This document shows, piece after piece, positions 9,663 through 19,154 of a stretch of 64,000 nucleotides of DNA. The notes below the pieces were generated by a model. The model made no database searches and had not been told where the DNA came from. It was given only the letters and a program-made list of their open reading frames with translations. Location of the stretch: assembly GCA_965279035.1 (NCBI GenBank), contig OZ257142.1:3872001-3936000 (forward strand). Reading direction: 5' to 3'. Made by a program: the position numbers and the translations under genes. This DNA comes from Bacteroidia bacterium. Lineage in GTDB: Bacteria > Bacteroidota > Bacteroidia > M30B66. Every line of letters begins with the position of its first letter. Within the stretch, counting starts at the first letter, position 1.

Positions 9663-9911
9663 ATGAAAGCGATATCAATATCTACACTTAGAAAAGGAAT
9701 GAAAGAGTATTTCGATTATGTTTCAAAATCGATGGAAGTTATAATCGTTCCCAGAAACAAAGAAGAAGAAGCAATAGTAATAATGTCAATTCAAGAATAC
9801 AACTCGCTTAAAGAAACAGAACATCTTCTCTCAACAGAAGCCAACCAAGCAAGGCTCCAGAAGTCGATTAGCCAAATATCAGAAGGCAAGACGGTCAAGT
9901 ATAAGATTTAA
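9663..9911 (+). CDS. yefM: Phd/YefM antitoxin
   Basis: 82 aa; [28 protein letters not shown] signature. Confidence 0.92.
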   Translation: MKAISISTLRKGMKEYFDYVSKSMEVIIVPRNKEEEAIVIMSIQEYNSLKETEHLLSTEANQARLQKSISQISEGKTVKYKI

Positions 9912-9925
9912 ATTCAAGAACAAAA

Positions 9926-10207
9926 TTGATGAATATTGAATTTACTGAGATTGCATGGGAAGACTTTTCTTATTGGATTGACAATGATGAAAATATTGTT
10001 TTAAAGATTAAAGAACTAATTACTGCAATAAGCAAAGATCCGTTCAAAGGAATTGGAAAGCCCGAACCATTAAAATTTGGATTGAAAGGCTTTTGGTCCA
10101 GAAGGATTTCAGGTGAACACAGATTAGTTTATCGAATTAGCGGAAATAAAGGAATTGATCAAAAATGTATGATCGTGCAATGTCGTTTTCATTATGATGA
10201 TAAATAA
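9926..10207 (+). CDS. yoeB: Txe/YoeB mRNA interferase toxin
   Basis: AWEDF.YW, PFKGIGKPEPLK, WSRRI..EHRLVY and C-terminal RFHY. Confidence 0.95.
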   Translation: MMNIEFTEIAWEDFSYWIDNDENIVLKIKELITAISKDPFKGIGKPEPLKFGLKGFWSRRISGEHRLVYRISGNKGIDQKCMIVQCRFHYDDK

Positions 10208-10431
10208 TATTTAAAGAAATTTTCAGCGTATAAAATCAAACAAGAAATGCGATTCATTGTGATAAATTGAATCAACAGTTTTCATAAATACAATCGTTTA
10301 TTCATTTGCATTCTGTTCAGCTAATCAGGCTCCTAAAGTATTGAACCTTAACTATAAAAAGAAAATAAAATCATCTTCCAACCCGCGGAAAATAAATTTA
10401 GGAAATACGATTTGATTAAATTAAAAGGAAT

Positions 10432-10464
10432 AAAAAAGGCTGCAATCTATAGAAAACAGCCTTT
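10432..10464 (-). terminator. Intrinsic terminator of the phosphoesterase-MbnPH-YHYH operon
   Basis: AAAGGCTG...CAGCCTTT stem followed by a T-run on the minus strand, 16 nt after the YHYH stop. Confidence 0.6.
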
Positions 10465-10480
10465 AAACCTAAAACCTAAA

Positions 10481-11836
10481 TTAATGATTGATTATTATTT
10501 TTCGGTTGAGGGATTCTTTTCCTTCAATTAATTGAACAATATATTCACCCGAATACAAGGTGCGCGTATCGATATACGTTGCAGTGCTGCCTTTGAAAAC
10601 TGTCGATTGAGAAATGAGCTTTCCGCTTAAATCGAACAAACGAACGAGTACATCATTTTTCACTAAATCGCCCACTTGAACAGCAATAAAATCGCTGCTT
10701 GGATTTGGAAAAACTCTCACATTTGTTTCATTCGAAAGTACAGTAGAATTGCTTAGAACATTGGGTGTATATGTCGTTACAGCTTCTCCAATTGTAGTGA
10801 CTTTTGCTGCTACTTTATTTCCATAAAATGTTGGACCAACAACATATGGATATGCTGAATTTAAATTTCCATCTACCGTACAGAAATAAGCATAAATACC
10901 ATTCGGATATTCAGGTGTTACGCAAAAACGACCATTGTGAACATCGAGGTAATCGGATTCGGAATGTGCAACAAATTCGTAGTCCTCGCGATAATGCCCT
11001 AAAGGATACGTGGTGCTCACGGCTGGACCATCCGTCACATCTGTACCATCAGCATAAGTAGTTCGTGTTGTGATATTCCTTAATTGAAAACTCGATTTCA
11101 TGCGAGTAATTCCGCCTGTTCCATCGGTATTTAAATAACCAAATGCACCATATATTGGAAATCCATCATAAGCAAAACCAAGCAATGGTGAATGTTCATT
11201 AGGGTTGATTACATATAATGCATCAGCATCGTACAAATTACACACAGTAGATATTACATTTTGATCTAAACTAAATGCCGAAGGATTTTGGTGATGATGG
11301 TAATTCCCCATTGCTGGATGTCCTTTAGCGCAATCGAAACCTGCACGTTCGGCAACAATCGCATCACGATTCCAGATTCCTTGTCCAGGAGGACCTTGAA
11401 TGGGACCACCACCTTCGGCTTGAGTGTTATTATTCCAACTTACACCATCGCGGTAATCGAATAGAGCAACACCATTGATAAAAACCCCAATATTTCCACC
11501 TGTTGTTGCGGTAGCAGTTCCCGTGTTTTGTGTAGGCGTTAATGGGAATTTGAAAATGGCGTTTTGATTTGTCGCTTGGGATGGATTTCCATCTTGAAAC
11601 GGTCCAGTAACATAGCTAGGAACTCCAGTCGCTGTTACATAAACCCAAGTAGATGAATACTGTACTGCTTGACAATTCACCAAAATTCCATTGCTAATTG
11701 GAGTTGAATTACCGGCGGTATAATAGCTTCCTGTGAGCGTAGTATTTTGCAACCAAGAAGTAATGGCTGGATTTGTCTGCGCCTGTCCCAGCGCGGAAAG
11801 CAGGAACATAATTGTTATCAAGGAGATTTTATTCAT
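10481..11836 (-). CDS. YHYH-domain protein with T9SS type A CTD
   Basis: GHP...YHHH, HSPLLGFAYDGFPIYG, LDVHNGRFCVTPEYPNGIYAYF; CTD VFPNP...GEYIVQL...KIII. Confidence 0.9.
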   Translation of the reverse strand: MNKISLITIMFLLSALGQAQTNPAITSWLQNTTLTGSYYTAGNSTPISNGILVNCQAVQYSSTWVYVTATGVPSYVTGPFQDGNPSQATNQNAIFKFPLTPTQNTGTATATTGGNIGVFINGVALFDYRDGVSWNNNTQAEGGGPIQGPPGQGIWNRDAIVAERAGFDCAKGHPAMGNYHHHQNPSAFSLDQNVISTVCNLYDADALYVINPNEHSPLLGFAYDGFPIYGAFGYLNTDGTGGITRMKSSFQLRNITTRTTYADGTDVTDGPAVSTTYPLGHYREDYEFVAHSESDYLDVHNGRFCVTPEYPNGIYAYFCTVDGNLNSAYPYVVGPTFYGNKVAAKVTTIGEAVTTYTPNVLSNSTVLSNETNVRVFPNPSSDFIAVQVGDLVKNDVLVRLFDLSGKLISQSTVFKGSTATYIDTRTLYSGEYIVQLIEGKESLNRKIIINH

Positions 11837-11870
11837 AGATCAAATTTTAGGTTGGGATTTAAAATGAATA

Positions 11871-12896
11871 TCAGGGTTTTGATTGAAAAAAAGCATGCGG
11901 ATAAGCGAAGTCTTTATTAAAAATAAAATTCCGATCACTCAGCGTTAAAAGGAAAGCAATCAGATCAATTTTTTCCTCAGAGTTCAGTTCTATCTTTTGG
12001 TTTAATTCGGATGAAAGAGTGTTGCTTTTTTGAATGCCGGATGTATAATGATTCAACACTTCACCTAATCGTTTAAAGCGCCCATCGTGCATGTAAGGAT
12101 AGGTAAATTCAATATTTCGCAATGTGGGAACTTTGAATAAAAGCGAATCGTTTGGATTTTGAGTGATGCTCATTCTTCCCATATCAAGTAATCCTGTATC
12201 TACCGGTATTCCATTGTTTCGGAAAGCATAATTCGAGAAAAGTGGTTCGGTGTGACAGGTATTACATGAACGTTTGAATAAATCATATCCACGTTGTTGC
12301 TGCTCGTTAAATACGCTTTGTTTTAGCAGTACGCTATCGTATTTAGAAGAAGCAGAAATCAAGGTTAATTGAAATTGAGATAAGGCAAGTAATAGGTTTT
12401 CTCCTGTTATTTCATTGCTATGAAATGCACGAAGGAATAAAGCAGGATAGAATTTCGAACGTTTTAATTTGGTGATAATCGTGGGGAGTTTTTCATCCAT
12501 TTCCAGCTCATTGCTAATGGGCGCTAAAGCTTGTACATCGAGGTGATTCACTGCGCCGTCCCACATAAAATTTTTCTGCCAAGCAAGATTCATTAATGCA
12601 GGAGCATTGCGTTTTCCAATTCGATCGTATATTCCGTGACTAAGCTGATGATCGGTATGAGCAAAAGCGTTGTAAGGTGAATGACATGAGGAACAAGACT
12701 GGCTGCTATCGCTCGAAAGAATGGGATCGTAAAATAATAATCGACCAAGAAAAATGCGATTCGTATCGATTGGTTTTTTATCGAAATCGTAAACTGGTTT
12801 AGGGAAATGCTTGGGGAAAATAAATAGATTATCGGCGATTCGAAATGCGAATAAAAAACCTATAAATGGAAATAATATAAATATCTTCTTGCTCAT
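11871..12896 (-). CDS. Di-heme cytochrome c peroxidase/MauG/MbnH-family protein
   Basis: GRLLFYDPILS, CSSCH, RNAPAL.N, CNTCH, FKVPTLRN and PYMHDG. Confidence 0.92.
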   Translation of the reverse strand: MSKKIFILFPFIGFLFAFRIADNLFIFPKHFPKPVYDFDKKPIDTNRIFLGRLLFYDPILSSDSSQSCSSCHSPYNAFAHTDHQLSHGIYDRIGKRNAPALMNLAWQKNFMWDGAVNHLDVQALAPISNELEMDEKLPTIITKLKRSKFYPALFLRAFHSNEITGENLLLALSQFQLTLISASSKYDSVLLKQSVFNEQQQRGYDLFKRSCNTCHTEPLFSNYAFRNNGIPVDTGLLDMGRMSITQNPNDSLLFKVPTLRNIEFTYPYMHDGRFKRLGEVLNHYTSGIQKSNTLSSELNQKIELNSEEKIDLIAFLLTLSDRNFIFNKDFAYPHAFFQSKP

Positions 12897-13573
12897 GGTT
12901 GAAGCTGAAAACAAGAAGAAAATAGATGCGATAATTCTACTGTTCGCTTACTGGGCGACATGATTTGAAATTCCTTTTGAATATCGATTGCAGCAAAAAA
13001 AGGTTTTAAATCGATGTTAATGTAAATGTCTTTCCCCGCAGTAATGCGATGTTGAAAGGTCGTTAATGCATTGTTGGGAAATAAATATCCACCTAAATGA
13101 AATTCGAATTGATGATTCCGAGCAGGACATTTAGGACTTTGACCTTGAATTTTGACATTGATATAACCACTATTCCAAGTCCAATACATGCCGTTAACAG
13201 GATCAAGATCTTGTCCTAAAGCACCGGAAGAATTGGTTGTGCTATCAATTCCAATTTGAAATAAAAGTACTACTCCACTTTCGTTTGAAAGAATTGGTGG
13301 ACAAGGTAATTTGAGCGATTCAGGATTTTGAAAATCGCAGAGGAAATGTCGTTTTGAAAATGGATTAATGGATCCATCGGGAGAGATGAATTGTGCATCA
13401 GAAATATAGAATCGAAGATCGTCTATTAGAATACTATCACCCAAACTTGGAAGAAATACCGATTGATTGGGTTTTATTGGGATTGAATTGAATACTGGTT
13501 GAAAGATAATGTGTTGAGCTTGAAGAGAAATTCCTAAAAACAAAACCACACTCAAGCAAACATATTTCACCAT
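12893..13573 (-). CDS. MbnP-family protein
   Basis: LRFYIS, GID...N..G...DLDP..GMYWTWNSGY (WxW motif), FHLGG; directly upstream of the di-heme enzyme. Confidence 0.85.
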   Translation of the reverse strand: MVKYVCLSVVLFLGISLQAQHIIFQPVFNSIPIKPNQSVFLPSLGDSILIDDLRFYISDAQFISPDGSINPFSKRHFLCDFQNPESLKLPCPPILSNESGVVLLFQIGIDSTTNSSGALGQDLDPVNGMYWTWNSGYINVKIQGQSPKCPARNHQFEFHLGGYLFPNNALTTFQHRITAGKDIYINIDLKPFFAAIDIQKEFQIMSPSKRTVELSHLFSSCFQLQP

Positions 13574-13580
13574 AATGGAA

Positions 13581-15317
13581 TCAATTTTCGCTGTTTTGCT
13601 GAAAGATAATTTTCCCGTGTGATTGCATTCCGGATTCACCTTTTGCCATGAACCAATATACACCACTTTTCGATTTCAATCCTTGATCATTCGTTCCATC
13701 CCAATGAATCTGATGTCCGCCTTTTTGGAGGGAAGCGTGCTCAATTAATGTTCGAATTTTACGTCCTTCTTGATCGAACACATATACATCAATCTTATCT
13801 GCTTGAGGAATAGAAAATGAAATAATTGTTTCCTCTCGAAATGGATTGGGATACACTAATTCATCGGCATACATACTATTCCAAACAATTGGAACTTCGG
13901 TAAATAAAGAATCATAGCAATTATTTATTCCAATGGTATAACTGGCAGAAACATCTTTGTTGTGACGATTTCCGTTTTCATCCTCGGGTAAATACGCCCG
14001 AACGTATTCTACTTGAACTTCATTACTGCTAACATGCACACGTAAATGCCCGGCATTCGGCAATATTTGACCTTCGAAATACCCATATTCGGCAGCCATA
14101 TTCGCTGTTTGGAAATTAGGTAAACTTGGTTGAGGAGTTTCTTGATATATGAGACAATTGCGTTCTTGCTTACCAAAGAAATGATCGTGTCCGTGGAAGA
14201 AAATGGTAGCTTTATTTTCCTCTAATACATCCCGAATGGGTTTATACCAACCTGGTCGGTTCTCTGCAAAACCGGGAGTTCCATCTAAATTATCTCCTCC
14301 CCATTCGTATTTTTCTGAAGCTTCGGAACCACCTCGACCTTCGGCATCGCCTCCAACAATTTGGTGCGAGAATACAAACTTGAAATGGGACTGACTGCTT
14401 TCCAAAGTTCTACTCAACCACTTGTATTGCGTTTCACCTAAAGTCCAGCGCCAACCGGTAAGAGAATCGGGTTTAGGTGAAGTATACCAATAGGGATCGA
14501 GAACAATAAACAAGGCATCACCCCAAGTCCAAGCATAATAATTTTCACGTAGTCCAACGAATGGATGATCAATGGTATCGCCAGAATAAAAATCGTTTGG
14601 AGCTGGATTGATGAAATATTTTTTTCGTTCAGTAGTTCCCCAAATGGCTACGTTTTCGGATGTTCCATCTTGATACCAACCTGTTTCACCTTCGTGGTTT
14701 CCAATAGCGATATACAAAGGCACCGAATGAGATTGGGTTTCGTAATATGAACGTAGCAAATGACATCGAAAGGGAACAGTGTCGTGCGGAATTACATGAG
14801 CCGAAGTGCGTAATTTATCCGACATGAGGAAATCTCCCAAATCAATCATAAAATCGGGTTGATCTTCTAATTGATTGCGCAAACACAAACGGTACAAAGC
14901 AGTATCGCTACTCTCGTCGAGATGCGGATCGGCTTGTACGATAAAGGTAAAATCACTCCCAATAGCACGTTGGGTATGAAAAGTATATTCGGGACGGATT
15001 AAGAATGAAGAAGCGCCTGGTAAACGATAAAGCAGTTGGTAGAAATACTTCGTGTTTGCTTGCAATCCATCCAAAATCATCTCGGCAGGTTCAAAAGAAC
15101 TGAATTGCAGCCAAGGAAGTTGAGAAGTATAATTACCCGAAGAGGTTCCATAGCGAACACTCATTTCAATGGTTGTGTCGAAAAATGCTTGCAGGGTAAT
15201 ACTGTGATCACTTGGACGTCCAAGCATTTCGGTATGACGAATCTCTTGTGCTACAAGCAATGTAGGCAATGCAAGAAATAGAACAATGAGGTTTTTTATC
15301 ATCTTTTTAATGAGCAA
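13581..15317 (-). CDS. Secreted calcineurin-like metallophosphoesterase with FN3-like N-domain and T9SS CTD
   Basis: DPH, DLGD, GNHE, FSH and GHDH metal motifs; C-terminal YPNPF...WDGTN..G...SGVY. Confidence 0.88.
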   Translation of the reverse strand: MLIKKMIKNLIVLFLALPTLLVAQEIRHTEMLGRPSDHSITLQAFFDTTIEMSVRYGTSSGNYTSQLPWLQFSSFEPAEMILDGLQANTKYFYQLLYRLPGASSFLIRPEYTFHTQRAIGSDFTFIVQADPHLDESSDTALYRLCLRNQLEDQPDFMIDLGDFLMSDKLRTSAHVIPHDTVPFRCHLLRSYYETQSHSVPLYIAIGNHEGETGWYQDGTSENVAIWGTTERKKYFINPAPNDFYSGDTIDHPFVGLRENYYAWTWGDALFIVLDPYWYTSPKPDSLTGWRWTLGETQYKWLSRTLESSQSHFKFVFSHQIVGGDAEGRGGSEASEKYEWGGDNLDGTPGFAENRPGWYKPIRDVLEENKATIFFHGHDHFFGKQERNCLIYQETPQPSLPNFQTANMAAEYGYFEGQILPNAGHLRVHVSSNEVQVEYVRAYLPEDENGNRHNKDVSASYTIGINNCYDSLFTEVPIVWNSMYADELVYPNPFREETIISFSIPQADKIDVYVFDQEGRKIRTLIEHASLQKGGHQIHWDGTNDQGLKSKSGVYWFMAKGESGMQSHGKIIFQQNSEN

Positions 15318-16944
15318 TCACCACGCGTTTGTTGATGATACCCTGATTTGTTGAAATACTCAGTAAATAAACTCCAGGAGCAATGGCGCTAACGTCTATT
15401 TGCTTATCGTAGAAAGTACTAATTCGATCACCTAGTAAAGAGAAAAATTCAGCTTGTTTCAACTTGATTTCATTCGGAAGTTGAATTCTTAATACATGAG
15501 AAGCAGGATTAGGCATCACCTTGATTTCGTTCCATTGTGATTGATTTTCCAAACTCAACGGATTGCATGTTCCAATGGAATAAGAAAATCCAATTTCTCC
15601 ATTATGATGTTCACCAGAAAGAGTGTCTGCAGGTAAATATGCTTTGATGTAATCAACTTGTACACAAGAAGGAGAAACTGTTACACGAACATGCCCTGTT
15701 CCATCAACAGTATCTGAAACATAGGCATCGGCATTCGCCAACATACCAATTTCATAAGTCGAATCGGCTGCCATCGGTAAAGCTTGATAGGTAACTCCAT
15801 CTAACTCTTCATGTGCAAAAACGTGATCATGACCTTGGAAGAAAAAATTTACACCATTATCTACAAATAACTGGTGAATGGGAACTCCCCAACCCGGACG
15901 TTCGGTATCGAATTGCCAAGTGGTACCATTTTGAGCATAACCGCCCCATTCAAATAAACGCGCATTGGTAACACCACCCCTACCTTGTCCACGAATGTGA
16001 TGAGCAAACACAAATTTATACTGAGCAGTGCTGCTTTCGAGTGTGTTTTTTAACCAGGTATATTGGGGCAATCCAAGCGTCCAATCCCATTTTTGTGGTT
16101 TGGCAGAAGTATCACATTCATCACGATAAACATCCAATACAACAAATAAAGCATCCCCCCAATTCCAAGCATAAAAGTTTTCGGGATTCCCCACTCCGAA
16201 AGGCTCTACATCGGTGTTCCCAGAATAAAAATCATTGGGATACGGATTGGGATAATAGAATTTCCTCCAAAGTGTTCCGTTGATTGCCAAATTATTCGGA
16301 GGATTTTGAGCCATGTAATAATCATTCTCCCCCTCGTGATTACCTAAACAAACATAGAAGGGAACTGAGTGACAAATGCTACCTAAAAAGGGACGATAAT
16401 TCTTGTATAACGTATCTAATTCACCCGAAGTAATAGAGTCGGGACGATGATCATCTCCAAAAATATCACCGAGCGACATCATAAAATCAGGATGATCGGC
16501 AAGTTGATTTGCGAGTGTTACGCGATACATAGATTGAATACCCTTTTTATCGTACAAATGCTCATCAGCTTCTAATGTAAAAGTGAATGTACTTCCTTGT
16601 GCACGCTGCGTGTGAAAAGTATATTCAGGGCTATCTATGTATGTTGAAGCACCAATCAGGCGATGATGGAATCGGTAATAATATCGGGTATTGGGACTGA
16701 GATTTTCTAAATCGAATTCAAGTGGAGTGCCGGGTATATTGGTCAAGATAGAGGATGAATTTCCATACGTACCCGATACAATTCCAAACTCAAAATAAAA
16801 CTCCTGAGCATCATCAAACAAAACACTGGCTGTAATAGAATTATCTGTTGGTCTGCCTAAAACGATCGCATTTTCTTGTGCTGATAATGTCCCCATAATA
16901 AAACAGAGAAAACCTAAGAGATGCTTTTTCTTAATTGAACTCAT
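15307..16944 (-). CDS. Secreted metallophosphoesterase with T9SS CTD, paralog of the adjacent gene
   Basis: DEH, LGD, GNHE, FAHH and GHDH motifs; CTD MPNPA...GVYLL...KRVVI. Confidence 0.88.
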   Translation of the reverse strand: MSSIKKKHLLGFLCFIMGTLSAQENAIVLGRPTDNSITASVLFDDAQEFYFEFGIVSGTYGNSSSILTNIPGTPLEFDLENLSPNTRYYYRFHHRLIGASTYIDSPEYTFHTQRAQGSTFTFTLEADEHLYDKKGIQSMYRVTLANQLADHPDFMMSLGDIFGDDHRPDSITSGELDTLYKNYRPFLGSICHSVPFYVCLGNHEGENDYYMAQNPPNNLAINGTLWRKFYYPNPYPNDFYSGNTDVEPFGVGNPENFYAWNWGDALFVVLDVYRDECDTSAKPQKWDWTLGLPQYTWLKNTLESSTAQYKFVFAHHIRGQGRGGVTNARLFEWGGYAQNGTTWQFDTERPGWGVPIHQLFVDNGVNFFFQGHDHVFAHEELDGVTYQALPMAADSTYEIGMLANADAYVSDTVDGTGHVRVTVSPSCVQVDYIKAYLPADTLSGEHHNGEIGFSYSIGTCNPLSLENQSQWNEIKVMPNPASHVLRIQLPNEIKLKQAEFFSLLGDRISTFYDKQIDVSAIAPGVYLLSISTNQGIINKRVVIAH

Positions 16945-16965
16945 GAATCAAGGAAATTTTCGACT

Positions 16966-16990
16966 GACCTTCTAAAGGAAATAAAGTTTA
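16966..16990 (-). promoter_or_regulatory. Possible ECF-sigma promoter for the operon
   Basis: Minus strand TAAAC-N16-GGTC (AAC...GTC ECF-like pattern) about 20 nt before the ATG; no TAnnTTTG box there. Confidence 0.35.
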
Positions 16991-17084
16991 AATCTATCCG
17001 ATAATCGGCAATTTAAGGAAATGGAAATGATATCAGAAAAATATTCAATCTGCAAATCAATACTTTATGATATTATTTCATGCA

Positions 17085-17130
17085 GTACCTTGCATCACAT
17101 AGTACCGTGTTAAGATAAGTTCTATGTTTG
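17085..17130 (+). promoter_or_regulatory. padR promoter and likely operator
   Basis: GTAC-N13-GTAC at 17085-17105 and TATGTTTG -7 box at 17123-17130, 4 nt before the ATG. Confidence 0.5.
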
Positions 17131-17134
17131 CACT

Positions 17135-17476
17135 ATGAATATCGAAAATACCAAGGCGCAGATGCGAAAAGGAGTGCTGGAGTTTTGCATACTCTCCGTC
17201 TTATCCGCTGGTGATGCTTACACGAGTGATATCATCAGCCGACTCAAAGAATCAAAACTCATTGTAGTAGAAGGCACCTTATATCCGCTTCTCACACGTC
17301 TCAAAAATGCGGGATTGCTCAATTATCGCTGGGAAGAAAGTACTTCCGGTCCACCTCGTAAATACTACGGACTCACCGAAACCGGAAAACGTGCCCTTTC
17401 TGAATTACGCATCAGTTGGGATGAACTCGTTGCTGCTGTTGCTCAAACTCAAATATCTTCACCTTCTATTTCTTAA
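17135..17476 (+). CDS. PadR-family transcriptional regulator
   Basis: QMRKGVLE, EGTLYPLLTRL and GPPRKYY. Confidence 0.95.
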   Translation: MNIENTKAQMRKGVLEFCILSVLSAGDAYTSDIISRLKESKLIVVEGTLYPLLTRLKNAGLLNYRWEESTSGPPRKYYGLTETGKRALSELRISWDELVAAVAQTQISSPSIS

Positions 17477-17479
17477 GTC

Positions 17480-19126
17480 ATGAACAAAACTATTAGCATT
17501 AACTTAAACGGAATGTTGTTCAACCTCGAAGAAGCAGCGTATGATCGCCTTTTTCGCTACTTGCAACAAATCCGTAAATCGTTCGAAGGAACCGATGGGC
17601 GTGACGAAATTGTAGAAGATATTGAAAGCCGAATTGCCGAACTCTTCAGCGAACGTCTCAAAAACAAACAAGTCATTTTAGAAAGTGAAGTGCTGGAGGT
17701 GATTGCCATTATGGGTGAACCAGAAGCCTATAAAGAGGACGAATCTGAGTCGACCGAATCTTCCAATACAAATCAGCAACATTATGAGAACATCAATGCG
17801 AACCGTCGCCTCTTTCGCGATCCCGATGATGCAGTTTTAGGCGGTGTTTGCTCTGGTTTGGGTTATTATTTTAACCTCGATCCTGTTTGGCTGCGACTCG
17901 GTTTTGTTATTGCACTTTTCTTTGCTGGTTCAGGTCCATTACTCTATATCATCCTATGGATTGTCCTTCCCAAAGCCAATAGCACAGCCGATAAATTGCA
18001 AATGCGCGGCGAACATGTAAACATCGAAAACATCGAAAAACGCATAAAAGAAGAAGCACAACGTTTTCGCGAACGTGCCGAAGCGTTTGGAGAAGAAGCT
18101 CGCCAGGGTTTTCGAAATGCAAACGTTCACGGTCGACTGGGAAATTTTTTCGAGGAATTTACTGGTGTTTTTGTAGGATTATTTCGTCGAATTGTTCTAT
18201 TCATGGGACGGTCTTTAGGGGTTTTTCTGATATTCTTGGGCGGTGTACTTCTCTTTGCTTACCTCAGTACCGTTTTCAATGCAGGAAACTTAATCTCCAT
18301 CACAGATGAAGATGGTATGTCGACCTTTTCCATTCAAGCATTTTTCAGCACTTTTTTCTCTTCACCTGATCAACAAAAACTCTTTCTCGTTGGGCTTTCT
18401 CTTGTGGTAATTTCTCCCATTTTAGGTCTTCTTCTTGGTGGATTACGTTTGCTCTTCCATCCACGTTTACGCTTAGGTTGGGTTTCCTATTTAAACGGAA
18501 TGTTATTTCTGGCTGGACTCATCTGCTGTATTGTTGCCGGATCACTCCTCATTGGTGAATTCAGCGCAAAAGGTCGCATGATTGAAAACGTTACTATCAA
18601 TTCACCTGCAAACGACACACTCGAAATTGCCATCCAACCTGGAAGTGAAATCAATTTAAAACAAGCCATGCATCTCGACCATTGGCATTTCTATTTCAAC
18701 GATGGAGAACGTTACCTCAATGGCTGGATTCACGTAAATATTGCTAGTACAGAAGACAATTTCTTCACTGCTACTGCCGAAAAATCGGCAAGAGGAACTG
18801 ATAAAAAAGAAGCAATCACAACGGCTTCTGAAATCAATTATTTTTATCGTCAGGAAGGGAACATCTTATATTTCAACCCCTATTTCAACATAAAACCCAA
18901 TAACAAATGGCGTAATCAAACACTCGATATCACGCTACGTATCCCTGAAGGTAAATTCATCCGTTTTCGAAAAGGTACCGAAGATATCCTCCACGATATC
19001 TCCAATATTCAAAATTTGAGTGATTATGAAATGGTAGAAGAAACATGGCAAATGACGAAACAGGGTTTGCATTGTATGAGTTGTGCTCAAAAATCCGAAG
19101 CAAACGAAGAAACACAAACGAATTGA
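17480..19126 (+). CDS. PspC-domain membrane protein (Bacteroidota PadR-PspC envelope stress module)
   Basis: N-terminal MNKTISINL...DIESRIAE, PspC motif RLFRD...LGGVCSGLG...YIILWIVLP, further TM helices. Confidence 0.9.
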   Translation: MNKTISINLNGMLFNLEEAAYDRLFRYLQQIRKSFEGTDGRDEIVEDIESRIAELFSERLKNKQVILESEVLEVIAIMGEPEAYKEDESESTESSNTNQQHYENINANRRLFRDPDDAVLGGVCSGLGYYFNLDPVWLRLGFVIALFFAGSGPLLYIILWIVLPKANSTADKLQMRGEHVNIENIEKRIKEEAQRFRERAEAFGEEARQGFRNANVHGRLGNFFEEFTGVFVGLFRRIVLFMGRSLGVFLIFLGGVLLFAYLSTVFNAGNLISITDEDGMSTFSIQAFFSTFFSSPDQQKLFLVGLSLVVISPILGLLLGGLRLLFHPRLRLGWVSYLNGMLFLAGLICCIVAGSLLIGEFSAKGRMIENVTINSPANDTLEIAIQPGSEINLKQAMHLDHWHFYFNDGERYLNGWIHVNIASTEDNFFTATAEKSARGTDKKEAITTASEINYFYRQEGNILYFNPYFNIKPNNKWRNQTLDITLRIPEGKFIRFRKGTEDILHDISNIQNLSDYEMVEETWQMTKQGLHCMSCAQKSEANEETQTN

Positions 19127-19154
19127 GTAAGCCTCATCCTGCTATCTTTGCGAA

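Noticed and set aside
9457-10464. AAAAAAGGC..AGCCTT similarity on both sides of the TA module as att sites
   Set aside because: Short, low complexity, and the right copy is explained as a terminator
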